DNA of 64,000 bases, taken from assembly GCA_965662465.1 (NCBI GenBank), contig CBFIIO010000007.1, positions 97-64,096 on the forward strand, in the 5' to 3' direction. The translations under genes and the position numbers were made by a program. This stretch comes from Planctomycetota bacterium. Lineage in GTDB: Bacteria > Planctomycetota > UBA1135 > UBA2386. Positions 37,814 to 47,000 of the stretch are shown here, piece by piece; position 1 is the first letter of the stretch; each line of letters begins with the position of its first letter. Under the pieces are notes generated by a model that worked only from the letters and a program-made list of their open reading frames with translations, ran no database searches and had not been told where the DNA came from.

Positions 37814-40800
37814 ATGACAGCCAACTTTACGCATCGGTCGCGCTCGGCTTCTTCCGCTGTTTGCACCCTCTCTAAGTTCGCGGTTGCCGGCCTTATCGCT
37901 TTTGCGATGGGCGCTAGCGGTTGTAGCGGCGGCGCCAAAGGCGACCCTGACAACCGCGGTGACTTCCTCGTAACCAGCATTAGCACTGGTTCCGGCAGCG
38001 TCTATCCCTACCGCATCCGCACGACAGACTCCTTCGGCAATCCTACGTCGACGGTGGTCAATATTGAGAGTGAGTCAACCCTCAAGCAGTTCGTGAATGG
38101 CAACAATGGCATCTTGCCTGTTGCGACTTTGCCGGTGGATGCTGTTTTGCCAGACGGTGATCCAGGCAACCATTTCTTGCACTTCTCCTTTAGCCACAAG
38201 CTCGATGTCGACTCGATCCTGAGCAACCTGCTCGCGGACCAATCGAACTCTGGCTTGAGTGGGTCGTTGAACGTGCTGGCTTACGATCCGTCGACCGAGA
38301 CTACGGTTTCATTGACTGGTCGCGGCTTTGTTAACGGGTTCACCTACTTCAATGAAGGTGGCAACCTGGTCAAGGTCAGGGCCGTCGAGGCTGATGGCAA
38401 CACGGTCAAGATCCTTGATTCGCGTGCAAGCGGTTTCCCCGCCTACGCAGGTTCGGCTGACCTTGTCAGCAAGAAGTCCTTTACCTTCGTTGCGGACACC
38501 AACGGCGACCTTACGGCGCCCTACGAGACGTTCCCGAGCGACCGCTTGTTGCGTTTGGTTGTTACGAATGCTGTCCGCGACTCGGACGGCGCCATCCTGG
38601 AACAAGAGGTTGGCGTTGCGACTACTGTTGGTCCGGATTCCGAGCCGCCACAGGTGCTTGGCTACACGAAGCCAGCCCCGGAGATCTCCCCCGGAAACGG
38701 TCAAACAGGCATCGATCCTACCGGTTCGATTCTCGTCAAGTTCAACAAGCCTGTTCAGCCAGGTGAGGTTGGGTCGTTCTTCGATCCGACTGTGTTCACG
38801 CCACCAACCGGCGGTGTTTCGCTGCAGGTTACTTCGTCTGCCGCGACGTTCCCTGTCATCTACTACGCCGATCCAGTCAGCTTCGGCGACTTGATGAACT
38901 ACATCATCAGGCCTGCTTACAACTTGCCTGGTCAGTCGCAGGTCGACATCACGGTCCAGACTACTTCCATCAACAGCCTTAATGGCGACTTGATCGGTCA
39001 GTCGGTTTCTACGTCTTACACGACCGGAACTGGTCCGGGCTTGGTGAACGCACCTGTTGCTCCTGAAGTTGTTTACTTCGGCATTGGCGGGTCAGAGCCG
39101 GGTGTCAGCGTCTTCGACCTGAATGGTTACGGGCAGGGCACTGGCGACGTCAACAACACTCGTTGGCCATTGAGCCCGAACATTGGTGTTCCTGGCATCG
39201 TGCCTTCGATGGCGCCGGGCACTTCGAACCTCGATGCTGGTGGTGCTGGTGTCCTTACTCTGACACAGGACACCAATGGCAACACTCGCCTATTGCGTGA
39301 TCCGATCGTCAGCGAGATCACCGATATCCACATCGGTGCACCTCTCGACCTGATCTACAACAACGAGAACATCAACCGGAACGCCAGCCGTTCCAACCAG
39401 GTCAACGAAGCCCTCGGCCTCGTCCAGTCCGGCAATACGATTGGCCAGCCGCCGATCCCGAATCCGCCGCGATTGATCTTCCCGCCGCCAAATCCTAACC
39501 GCGCCATCTTCGGCGAAGAGCCGGCTGTTAAGTCGTCGCTTGGTCCGCAGGGAGCGCTCGTGACGGGTGGTCCTGCTGCCACGTGTCTAGCGGTCGGTTT
39601 GAACCTGCTGGGTGTCGGTAATCCATTCTCCTCGGTTCAAAACGAACTTGGAGTTTACGGCACCTCATTCATGGGTGTGTTTGTTGGCCCTCAGCCGCCG
39701 CCGGCTTCGCCACCGCCGCCACCGCCGTTCTGTCCCTTTACGTCGCGTCAACAGGTCGGACACTTCCTGTATGTGCTCGATCCAGACAACCGTCGGGTAG
39801 TGGTCGTAAACAGCAACCGTTTCACGGTGCTGGATACGATTCAGCTGTCCGATCCTGTCAGCATGGCCATGTCTCCGAACATGACGCGCTTGGCAGTTTC
39901 CAACTTTGCCAGTTCGACGGTCTCGTTCATCGATATCGATCCAACAAGTAACAACTTCCACCAGATCGTGGCGGAGACCCGTATTGAGTCTGGTCCTGGT
40001 GCGATTGCATGGCAGCCTGACGGCGAAGACATCGTCACTGTCTCGGAGGTCGGCAACCAGTTGACCATCATCAGCGCGTTGGACTTCACCGTTCGTCGCA
40101 CGCTGGGTGGCTTCCTGAATGGTCCAATAGACGTCGTCTGCACCGAGCGTTACGCCGCTACTGGTAACACTTCAGGTGTTTACTTCGCATATGTCCTCAA
40201 CTCGAACGGCACCGTCGCTGTTTATGAGTCGGGTCCTGACGGTGTTAACGGCATCGGCTTTAACGACATCATCGGTGTTGTCACGAACGTCTCCTTCCCA
40301 CGTGCGAAGAAGATGCTGTTCGATTTCAACGCAGGCCAAGGTGGCGTGTTGATTGGTCACACCGACGCCAATGGCCTCGGTCAGGTGTCTCGCCTGTCAC
40401 TGACGAGTTCGCCAGCAGGCCCTCTGCCGCTGAACCCGTCTTCGGGTGGCTTCATCCTGCCGCCGACCTACCGCCAGAAGGAGTGGACGGTCGTGCAGCG
40501 CATCGGTGGATCCGCGGCTCCTGGCTCGTTTGTTGACCAGATGTCGGGTGATTCGATCATTGACCTGGCCTACGACGACTTGCTCAACGTCGGCGCGGTC
40601 GCTGGTCAAACCACGATCTACGCCCCGAACTTCTCGCAGACGCCCTACTTCCACTCTGGTAAGCACGTTGTGAAGAACAATCAGGGTGCGATTCAGTTTG
40701 CTAGCGCGCCGCGGCTGTTGTTCGTGGCTCTCTCGGACGTGGGCAATGTCGATGTCTTTGAGATCTCGACTGGCACACGCATTGCCACGGTCTCCGTTCC

Positions 40801-40837
40801 TGGCGTGCGAGTGGTTGCTAACTACTGGCGCCAGTAG
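37814..40837 (+). CDS. ~1,000-aa lipoprotein: Ig-like (SbsA-type) domains, Pro-rich linkers, YVTN-type beta-propeller
   Basis: Lipobox 'AMGASGCSGG' from the ATG at 37814. Ig-like 'ISPGNGQTGIDPTGSILVKFNKPVQPGEV'. Pro tracts 'PPIPNPPRLIFPPPNPN' and 'PQPPPASPPPPPPF'. Propeller-type repeats 'LYVLDPDNRRVVVVNSNRFTVLDTIQL.DPVSMAMSPNMTRLAVSNFASSTVSFIDI'. Confidence 0.7.
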   Translation: MTANFTHRSRSASSAVCTLSKFAVAGLIAFAMGASGCSGGAKGDPDNRGDFLVTSISTGSGSVYPYRIRTTDSFGNPTSTVVNIESESTLKQFVNGNNGILPVATLPVDAVLPDGDPGNHFLHFSFSHKLDVDSILSNLLADQSNSGLSGSLNVLAYDPSTETTVSLTGRGFVNGFTYFNEGGNLVKVRAVEADGNTVKILDSRASGFPAYAGSADLVSKKSFTFVADTNGDLTAPYETFPSDRLLRLVVTNAVRDSDGAILEQEVGVATTVGPDSEPPQVLGYTKPAPEISPGNGQTGIDPTGSILVKFNKPVQPGEVGSFFDPTVFTPPTGGVSLQVTSSAATFPVIYYADPVSFGDLMNYIIRPAYNLPGQSQVDITVQTTSINSLNGDLIGQSVSTSYTTGTGPGLVNAPVAPEVVYFGIGGSEPGVSVFDLNGYGQGTGDVNNTRWPLSPNIGVPGIVPSMAPGTSNLDAGGAGVLTLTQDTNGNTRLLRDPIVSEITDIHIGAPLDLIYNNENINRNASRSNQVNEALGLVQSGNTIGQPPIPNPPRLIFPPPNPNRAIFGEEPAVKSSLGPQGALVTGGPAATCLAVGLNLLGVGNPFSSVQNELGVYGTSFMGVFVGPQPPPASPPPPPPFCPFTSRQQVGHFLYVLDPDNRRVVVVNSNRFTVLDTIQLSDPVSMAMSPNMTRLAVSNFASSTVSFIDIDPTSNNFHQIVAETRIESGPGAIAWQPDGEDIVTVSEVGNQLTIISALDFTVRRTLGGFLNGPIDVVCTERYAATGNTSGVYFAYVLNSNGTVAVYESGPDGVNGIGFNDIIGVVTNVSFPRAKKMLFDFNAGQGGVLIGHTDANGLGQVSRLSLTSSPAGPLPLNPSSGGFILPPTYRQKEWTVVQRIGGSAAPGSFVDQMSGDSIIDLAYDDLLNVGAVAGQTTIYAPNFSQTPYFHSGKHVVKNNQGAIQFASAPRLLFVALSDVGNVDVFEISTGTRIATVSVPGVRVVANYWRQ

Positions 40838-40884
40838 AGCTTGGCAGCAGTTGCTGTGGCCCAGGTGGCCATGGCTACTTCACT

Positions 40885-40917
40885 CGCCCGTAGCCAGTTG
40901 CTGGCGACGGGCGTTTT
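40885..40917 (+). terminator. Rho-independent terminator after the large lipoprotein gene
   Basis: Stem CGCCCGT-A-GCCAG / CTGGC-G-ACGGGCG gives 12 bp with one mismatch and a TTG loop. TTTT follows at 40914-40917. It lies 48 nt after the stop codon. Confidence 0.7.
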
Positions 40918-41048
40918 GAATTCAGGGTGCAGTTCTGTCGTTTTTGCGGCGTTATGCCCTGGCGCTTCGCAGTTTTTTCGATCTGTCCCGTCCTGGAATA
41001 GACGATTCGTTGAGCTTGGTCGCGTGTTGGCGCAATATCCGCATCAAG

Positions 41049-41750
41049 ATGCCTGACGCAGTAACCATTCAGCAGATGTTCGCCGAAGTGGCCCCTGGCT
41101 ACGATCGTGCGAATCGTGCGCTGTCGATGGGAATCGACATTCGTTGGCGAAAGCGGACTGTGAAGACGGTTGGCTTGCAGCAAGGCGAGCGTGGCTTAGA
41201 CGTTTGCTCAGGTACTGGCGATCTCTGCTTTGCCCTAGCGCAAGCCGGTGCTGCGATGATTGGCGCTGACTTCTGTGCTCCGATGCTGGCGCATACTCAT
41301 CATAAGCAGCCACCAAAGGGTGCGCGCTCGGGCTTTCTCGCCGCAGATGCAATGAACCTGCCGTTTGGCGATGCTCAGTTCGACTTCACGACGGTTGCGT
41401 TTGGTATTCGCAACGTTGCAGATCCAGTTGTGGCGTTGCGAGAGATGGCACGTGTTGTCCGTCCGGGTGGTCGGGTTGTGGTCTTGGAGTTCTGCAAGCC
41501 ACGCGTCCCTGTGTTTGCGTCCTTATATGGTTTCTATTTCCGCAAAGTTCTGCCGCGCCTTGGTAAGTGGATCAGCGGTGCCAAGAATGATGCATATCGA
41601 TACCTTCATGATTCTGTGCAAGCCTTTCCTGAGCGTAAGGCGTTTCTCGAGTTGATGCAGGAGGCGGGGTTGCAGTCGCCTCGTCAGCAACTGCTCACCG
41701 GTGGTATTGCTGCTATTTACCGTGGCGAAGTCCCCAAAGTCTCAAGCTAA
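41049..41750 (+). CDS. ubiE: Demethylmenaquinone/ubiquinone C-methyltransferase
   Basis: Motifs 'IQQMFAEVAPGYDRANRALSMGIDIRWR', SAM motif 'LDVCSGTGDL', 'FGIRNV' and 'RVVRPGGRVVVLEF'. The ATG at 41049 is preferred over the longer ORF. Confidence 0.9.
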   Translation: MPDAVTIQQMFAEVAPGYDRANRALSMGIDIRWRKRTVKTVGLQQGERGLDVCSGTGDLCFALAQAGAAMIGADFCAPMLAHTHHKQPPKGARSGFLAADAMNLPFGDAQFDFTTVAFGIRNVADPVVALREMARVVRPGGRVVVLEFCKPRVPVFASLYGFYFRKVLPRLGKWISGAKNDAYRYLHDSVQAFPERKAFLELMQEAGLQSPRQQLLTGGIAAIYRGEVPKVSS

Positions 41751-41805
41751 AGAGGTCGAGGCCGAAAGGCCCTCGGGCTACTTCTACTGGTCACGCGAAG
41801 CCTCG

Positions 41806-42468
41806 ATGGGGCTGTTCGCGGTGATGCCTTTGTGGCTGTGTTATACGGTCATGCGTTGGCAGCTAGCCCCAGATGAACAGAATGGGGCTGAGGTGCTACT
41901 GCTTCAGCAGATTGATCGCTTAGGAAGCAACGCACATCTATACGTCAGTGCTGGCTTTGTTTTGGCTACGGCAGTTGCTGCTCGTTCGCTAATCAAGAAC
42001 AGGGTTCCGTGGTCGCGAGTTGCTGCGGTCATCGTATTGGAGGGGGTCGTTTATGGCGTGATGCTTGGCCCGCTCGCCTCAATGATGACTTCGTCGGCCA
42101 ACCGCCTGCTTTCCATGTCGCCAGAGGGTTCAACCATTGCCGCCAATCTTGTCGGTTCGATTGGCGCTGGTATCTATGAAGAGCTGGTGTTTCGGCTTGG
42201 CTTGATGTCGGCACTGGTGTGGATCGGAATGCGTGCGGTGCGCGGTTGGGGCCTACCAAAATGGGTTGCTGGGGCATTTGCCATCATCGTAAGCGCCCTG
42301 GTGTTCTCTTGGTTTCATCACCTGTGCGGTGAGCCATTTGATCGAGGTCGCTTTGTCTTCCGGGCTATGGCGGGTGTCTTGCTGGGCCTATTGATGTGGG
42401 CGCGGGGCTATGGGATCTGTGTCTATACCCACACTGTTTACAACTTGTACTTTTACCTCCGCCCTTGA
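41806..42468 (+). CDS. CPBP-family intramembrane glutamic protease (CAAX protease-like)
   Basis: Multi-TM protein with 'YEELVFRLGL' (EExxxR) and 'SWFHH' motifs. The start is uncertain: the ORF opens at 41701 and overlaps ubiE by 50 nt. Confidence 0.7.
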   Translation: MGLFAVMPLWLCYTVMRWQLAPDEQNGAEVLLLQQIDRLGSNAHLYVSAGFVLATAVAARSLIKNRVPWSRVAAVIVLEGVVYGVMLGPLASMMTSSANRLLSMSPEGSTIAANLVGSIGAGIYEELVFRLGLMSALVWIGMRAVRGWGLPKWVAGAFAIIVSALVFSWFHHLCGEPFDRGRFVFRAMAGVLLGLLMWARGYGICVYTHTVYNLYFYLRP

Positions 42469-42487
42469 GGGCCGTTGGTGACCTCTG

Positions 42488-43144
42488 ATGGCAACTCCAA
42501 AGCAAGAAACTGAACTTCGTAGCTACGCCATTTGTTGGTCGGGTGGAAGTGGCAGCCGCTATGGACGTCGCCTTGTAGAAGTTCTGTTGACCCTCGGCCA
42601 CACAGTGCACTTGTGTGCCACAGGAGCTGCGCTGCGTGTCCTCAAGCATGAGGAAGGTGAAGAGCTCGACTTTGCTGCGCCTGACCTAGCTGCACTGTTT
42701 GCACCTCAGTTGCGTGCCAATCTTCACGTTCATGCTTTGGATGCTGTTGAAGCAACCCCGGCGTCAGGTAGCGCAGGGCTTGCTGCTACGGTTGTGGTGC
42801 CTTGCAGCATGGGATCCCTGGCGCGTATCGCTCATGGCTTTTCGAGCAATCTTGTTGAGCGTGCGGCGGACGTTGCTCTCAAGGAAGGTAGGACGTTGGT
42901 GGTTGTGCCGCGGGAAACCCCGCTGTCAGAATTACATCTTGAGAACATGCTCAAGCTGTCACGCATGGGCGTGGTTGTCTTGCCTGCGATGCCTGGTTTT
43001 TACCAGAGGCCCAAGACCATTGCAGAATTGGTCGACTTCATGGTCGGCAAGATTCTCGACCGCCTTGATGTCGAGCATGACCTTGTTGCGCGTTGGCAAA
43101 CCCCCAAAGCAAGTTCTCCCTGGGATGAAGGAGAGATGACGTGA
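42488..43144 (+). CDS. ubiX: Flavin prenyltransferase UbiX
   Basis: Motifs 'WSGGSGSRYGRRLVEVLL', 'VVPCSMGSLARIAHGFSSNLVERAADVALKEGRTLVVVPRETPLS' and 'VVLPAMPGFY'. Confidence 0.9.
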   Translation: MATPKQETELRSYAICWSGGSGSRYGRRLVEVLLTLGHTVHLCATGAALRVLKHEEGEELDFAAPDLAALFAPQLRANLHVHALDAVEATPASGSAGLAATVVVPCSMGSLARIAHGFSSNLVERAADVALKEGRTLVVVPRETPLSELHLENMLKLSRMGVVVLPAMPGFYQRPKTIAELVDFMVGKILDRLDVEHDLVARWQTPKASSPWDEGEMT

Positions 43145-44013
43145 GCAATGTCGTCGTCGAGCGTGCACAGGCATTTGCCGGACTTGTGAAGTTGTCCCAC
43201 TCGGTGTTCGCGATGCCTTTTGCGTTGCTGTCGCTGTTAGTGGCAACCGATGGATCGCCCTCCTTGCGACTTGTAGGGCTTGTCGTTGCTGCTGTGGTCA
43301 CTGCTCGTACGGCCGCCATGGCATTCAATCGTTATGCTGATCGTGATCTCGATGCCGCAAATCCGCGCACGCAGACTCGTGAGATCCCCAGCGGTGTTGT
43401 TTCCGCACGTAGCGCCCTAGTTCTGACGATGGTTTCGAGTGCAGCATTCCTCGCAATCTGCTGGATGCTGTCGGTCCCATGTTTTTGGCTCGGCTTGCCA
43501 ACGTTGATTTGGTTGCTCGGCTATAGCTACGCGAAGCGATTTTCTTCCCTTTGTCATCTTTGGCTTGGCATCGCTCTTGGTGTGTCACCAATTGCCGCGT
43601 GGTTTGCTGTCGATGGAGAGTTCGGCCAGCGTTTATATGCGCCACTCGTGCTGGGTGTCTCTGTAGCCCTATGGGTGGCAGGATTTGACGTTCTCTATGC
43701 TTGTCAAGACGATGAGTTTGATCGCGAGCGGGGACTGCGTTCTTTGCCCGTTTTGCTCGGTCGACGCAGCGCCATGTGGGTGAGCCGTTTCCTGCACCTT
43801 TTGGCCCCAGTTGGCTTTGCTGCGTTTGGCTGGATGGTGGGCCTACAGAGGGCTTATCTCGGGGGCGTGGTGCTCGCCGCTGGACTGCTGATTTGGCAGC
43901 ACAGCCTTTTGCGGCCCAACGACTTGTCCCGTATCCAGGCAGCCTTCTTTACCGCCAATGGCACGTTAGCAGTAGTGATGTTCGCAGCCGGCTGCATCGA
44001 CCTGTATTTATAG
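43141..44013 (+). CDS. UbiA-superfamily aromatic prenyltransferase (4-hydroxybenzoate polyprenyltransferase-like / MqnP-like)
   Basis: Polytopic protein with Asp-rich motifs 'NRYADRDLDAANPRT..REIPSG' and 'CQDDEFDRERGLRSLPV'. GTG start overlaps the ubiX stop (GTGA). Confidence 0.85.
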   Translation: MSNVVVERAQAFAGLVKLSHSVFAMPFALLSLLVATDGSPSLRLVGLVVAAVVTARTAAMAFNRYADRDLDAANPRTQTREIPSGVVSARSALVLTMVSSAAFLAICWMLSVPCFWLGLPTLIWLLGYSYAKRFSSLCHLWLGIALGVSPIAAWFAVDGEFGQRLYAPLVLGVSVALWVAGFDVLYACQDDEFDRERGLRSLPVLLGRRSAMWVSRFLHLLAPVGFAAFGWMVGLQRAYLGGVVLAAGLLIWQHSLLRPNDLSRIQAAFFTANGTLAVVMFAAGCIDLYL

Positions 44014-44017
44014 ACCG

Positions 44018-45184
44018 GTGGCCGCTCCCAACCCGAGTATCGAGTTTGTCCGTCTTGAGAAGCTTGTTCGAGCAGGCTTGCCGTCCATTGTCATGATCAC
44101 TGGCGATAGCGACTTCTTTCGTGGTAAAGCGATGGAGCGGCTGTTGAAGGCAGTGCCAGCGGATGCTGAATTGCGCAACGTGGATGGTGCCGATCAAAAA
44201 GTTGTAGCTGACGATAGTGACAGCACCGTCGGAACTGCAGGTGCTGTGCTCGCGCCAGAGTTGCAAGACTTGCGCGGAGGTGGTTTGTTTGCGCGGGCGT
44301 CTTTTGTGGCCGTGCGTAGAGGTGCAAATTGGTGGAAGAAGCATTCTGCATCGATTGCCGAGCTGGCGCCGAAGATCTCTCCAGGATCTGGGCTTTTGCT
44401 CGAATCCGCCAAAATTGATAAGCGCAAAAAGGTCGCCGCCACTCTCGTCAAAGAGCTGGTGGCTAACGGCGCTGTGTTCGAATTTCGCGATCTCTATGAG
44501 CTTCCTTATGATCGTGATCGTGGGCCGATGGAAGGAGAACTGTGCAAGTGGGTGATGCAGTACAGCAAGAAACTCGGCGTGCCGCTCGAGGCAGAGAGTG
44601 CTTTGTTGATGATTGCTCAGGTTGGCAAAACACCTAGCGAGCTATCAGCTGAATTGGAGCGCTTACGCGACCAATTTGGCGTCGACCCCGTTCGCGCTCC
44701 GTTGGCTCCTAAAGATCTTGTCGGCAAGCTAACGGTCAGCTTCTCGTCAACGCCCTTTGAGTTTGTTGAAGCTTTGTTGTGCGGTAAGCGCCAAGCGGCG
44801 CAGCGCTCGTTGTCAGCAATGTTCGCGCGGGGCGTGCGGCAGCAAGATGGCAAAACAATGGATTCGGGCGGTTTGCTACCGTTCACGAGCAGTTGGTTAT
44901 TTCGCGAGATCGGCAAGGTCTACGAAGGCCGATTGTTACTGGATAGCGGTGTGTCGATGCGTGATTTGCCAGCTAAGGCTGGGGTCCGTCAGTTTGCTGA
45001 TCGATTCTTAGAGCAGGTTCGTTGCAATACGATCCCTAAGTTGAATCGTGGCATTACCGCACTTCACGCATGCCAGCGTAAAAGCCGCATGGTTGGCGAG
45101 GATGCCGAGGTATTGCTCGAGCGTTTCTTGTCGCAGTGGTTTGATGGAACGCCGATCGAGACAGCAGAGGAGTTTGAACTGTGA
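44018..45184 (+). CDS. holA: DNA polymerase III delta subunit-like protein
   Basis: Size and the N-terminus 'LPSIVMITGDSDFFRGKAMERLLKAV' are typical of HolA, with a helical C-terminal domain. The sequence is divergent and has a GTG start. Confidence 0.55.
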   Translation: MAAPNPSIEFVRLEKLVRAGLPSIVMITGDSDFFRGKAMERLLKAVPADAELRNVDGADQKVVADDSDSTVGTAGAVLAPELQDLRGGGLFARASFVAVRRGANWWKKHSASIAELAPKISPGSGLLLESAKIDKRKKVAATLVKELVANGAVFEFRDLYELPYDRDRGPMEGELCKWVMQYSKKLGVPLEAESALLMIAQVGKTPSELSAELERLRDQFGVDPVRAPLAPKDLVGKLTVSFSSTPFEFVEALLCGKRQAAQRSLSAMFARGVRQQDGKTMDSGGLLPFTSSWLFREIGKVYEGRLLLDSGVSMRDLPAKAGVRQFADRFLEQVRCNTIPKLNRGITALHACQRKSRMVGEDAEVLLERFLSQWFDGTPIETAEEFEL

Positions 45185-46983
45185 TCAAGAAACTACCCAT
45201 TGCCGTGGTCAATCAGATCGCGGCCGGCGAAGTCGTCGAGCGTCCTGTGTCTGTAGCTAAGGAGTTGATCGAAAACTCGCTCGACGCTGGGTCTACTCGG
45301 ATACGGATAGAGATCCGCGGCGGTGGTGCTGAGGAATTGACCATCATTGATGATGGCGATGGATTCTTACCCGAAGATCTGCCGCTTGCCTTTGCAAGTC
45401 ATGCGACGTCAAAGCTCTCGACCGTGCATGATCTAGAGCACATTGGCAGTCTAGGTTTTCGCGGTGAAGCCCTAGCTTCGATTGGGGCGATCGCGCGAGC
45501 GCGCATTCAGAGTCGGCGAGTTGATAGTAAAGAAGGCTGGGAGATTCGTTGTGATGGCGGCGTCGAAACAACGCCGCAGCCATGTGGCTGTCCGCCGGGC
45601 ACCCGCATCGAAATTCGCGATTTGTTCTTCAATGTCCCTGCGCGTCGCCGCTTCTTAAAAGCTGCGCATGCGGAGCGTGCGCGGATTCAGCAACTAGTTG
45701 CTGAGTTGGCTTTGGCCCGGTTGGATGTCGACTTCACCCTCATCAGTGATGACAAAGAATTGTTGCGTTTACCCCGTGGTCTGGGCTTGGCGGAACGAGT
45801 GCAGCAGTGCTTTGGTCGCGACCTTGGGCGCGGACTATTGTCAGTCTCACGCGAATTCGACGGTATCAAGGTTGAGGGCGTTGTTGGAGAACCGGACCTA
45901 GCACGTCGTGATGGCAAGCTCGAGTTGACTTACGTCAACGGTCGCTTAGCCAGTGAGAAGAGCGCAATCCACGCTGTTCGGCAGGCGTATCGAGAGTTCT
46001 TGATGGGTGGTCGCTTTCCTGTTTACGTGCTCCAGATTGTGCTGCCGCCAGATCAGGTGGACGTGAATATCCATCCGCGCAAAGCCGAAGTTCGTTTTGT
46101 TGAGTCGCGAAAGGTCGCTGGTTGTTTGCACTCGACTGTCAAAACAGCGCTAGATGCTCGCACGATGACGTTTGGTGCGGCGTCAGCGACTAGCGAAGGT
46201 GGTGTGCAAATTCGGCCTGAGATGCCGCGTGCTCGGTCGGGGTTTCCGATGGCGTCTCCATCGCTGTTTGAATCGAATCCATCGGTAGGGATTCGTCGAG
46301 ACAGCTCTGCAGAGCTCTCTGCAGCGCCTTCTGGTCAGCAAGCCATTGTGCGGGAGCCGGCCCCGGGTGCTGCTGCCACTGGTCCGGCGCGACCTAACCC
46401 GTTCCGTCGAGTTTCGGGCAAGTTCCTTCAGGTGATGGACCTCTATTTGCTGCTGGAAGGTGACGATGGCTTGTTGGTGGTGGACCAGCATGCGCTGCAT
46501 GAGCGCGTCACTTATGAGCAGTTGAAAAAGCAGCACGCAGCCCGGGAGGTCCAGATCCAGCGATTGTTGGTGCCGGCAGTAGTTGAGGTTACTCCGGGTG
46601 AGCTAGCTTGGCTGGAATCGGTGCAAGAGCAGCTTGCAGAAGGTGGCTTGCTGATTGAGACCTTCGGTCCAAACGCTATCGCAGTTCAGGGGATGCCCAC
46701 TGTCCTAGCGAAGACTGACCCGAAGCAATTAGTGCGAACGTTGGCGATGGGCGAGGCCGATGACGGTAAGAGTTCGCTCGGCGAACATATCGCCGAACGC
46801 TTTCACTCGATGGCATGTCGCGGGTCGGTTATGTCGGGTGATCGCTTGACCGACGAGGAGATTGAGGAATTGCTTCGTGTTGCGGCAACTTTGGAGCACC
46901 CACACAATTGCCCACATGGTCGACCTACGGTGCTGACCTTTACTTCGGCCGAACTCGAGCGCTACTTCCGTCGCCGCTGCTAG
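45181..46983 (+). CDS. mutL: DNA mismatch repair endonuclease MutL
   Basis: GHKL ATPase 'VNQIAAGEVVERPVSVAKELIENSLDAGST', 'DDGDG' and 'GFRGEAL'. C-terminal endonuclease motifs 'DQHALHERVTYE', 'ACRGSV' and 'CPHGRPT'. GTG start overlaps the holA stop. Confidence 0.93.
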   Translation: MIKKLPIAVVNQIAAGEVVERPVSVAKELIENSLDAGSTRIRIEIRGGGAEELTIIDDGDGFLPEDLPLAFASHATSKLSTVHDLEHIGSLGFRGEALASIGAIARARIQSRRVDSKEGWEIRCDGGVETTPQPCGCPPGTRIEIRDLFFNVPARRRFLKAAHAERARIQQLVAELALARLDVDFTLISDDKELLRLPRGLGLAERVQQCFGRDLGRGLLSVSREFDGIKVEGVVGEPDLARRDGKLELTYVNGRLASEKSAIHAVRQAYREFLMGGRFPVYVLQIVLPPDQVDVNIHPRKAEVRFVESRKVAGCLHSTVKTALDARTMTFGAASATSEGGVQIRPEMPRARSGFPMASPSLFESNPSVGIRRDSSAELSAAPSGQQAIVREPAPGAAATGPARPNPFRRVSGKFLQVMDLYLLLEGDDGLLVVDQHALHERVTYEQLKKQHAAREVQIQRLLVPAVVEVTPGELAWLESVQEQLAEGGLLIETFGPNAIAVQGMPTVLAKTDPKQLVRTLAMGEADDGKSSLGEHIAERFHSMACRGSVMSGDRLTDEEIEELLRVAATLEHPHNCPHGRPTVLTFTSAELERYFRRRC

Positions 46984-47000
46984 TCATTGCGAGCGCGCCG

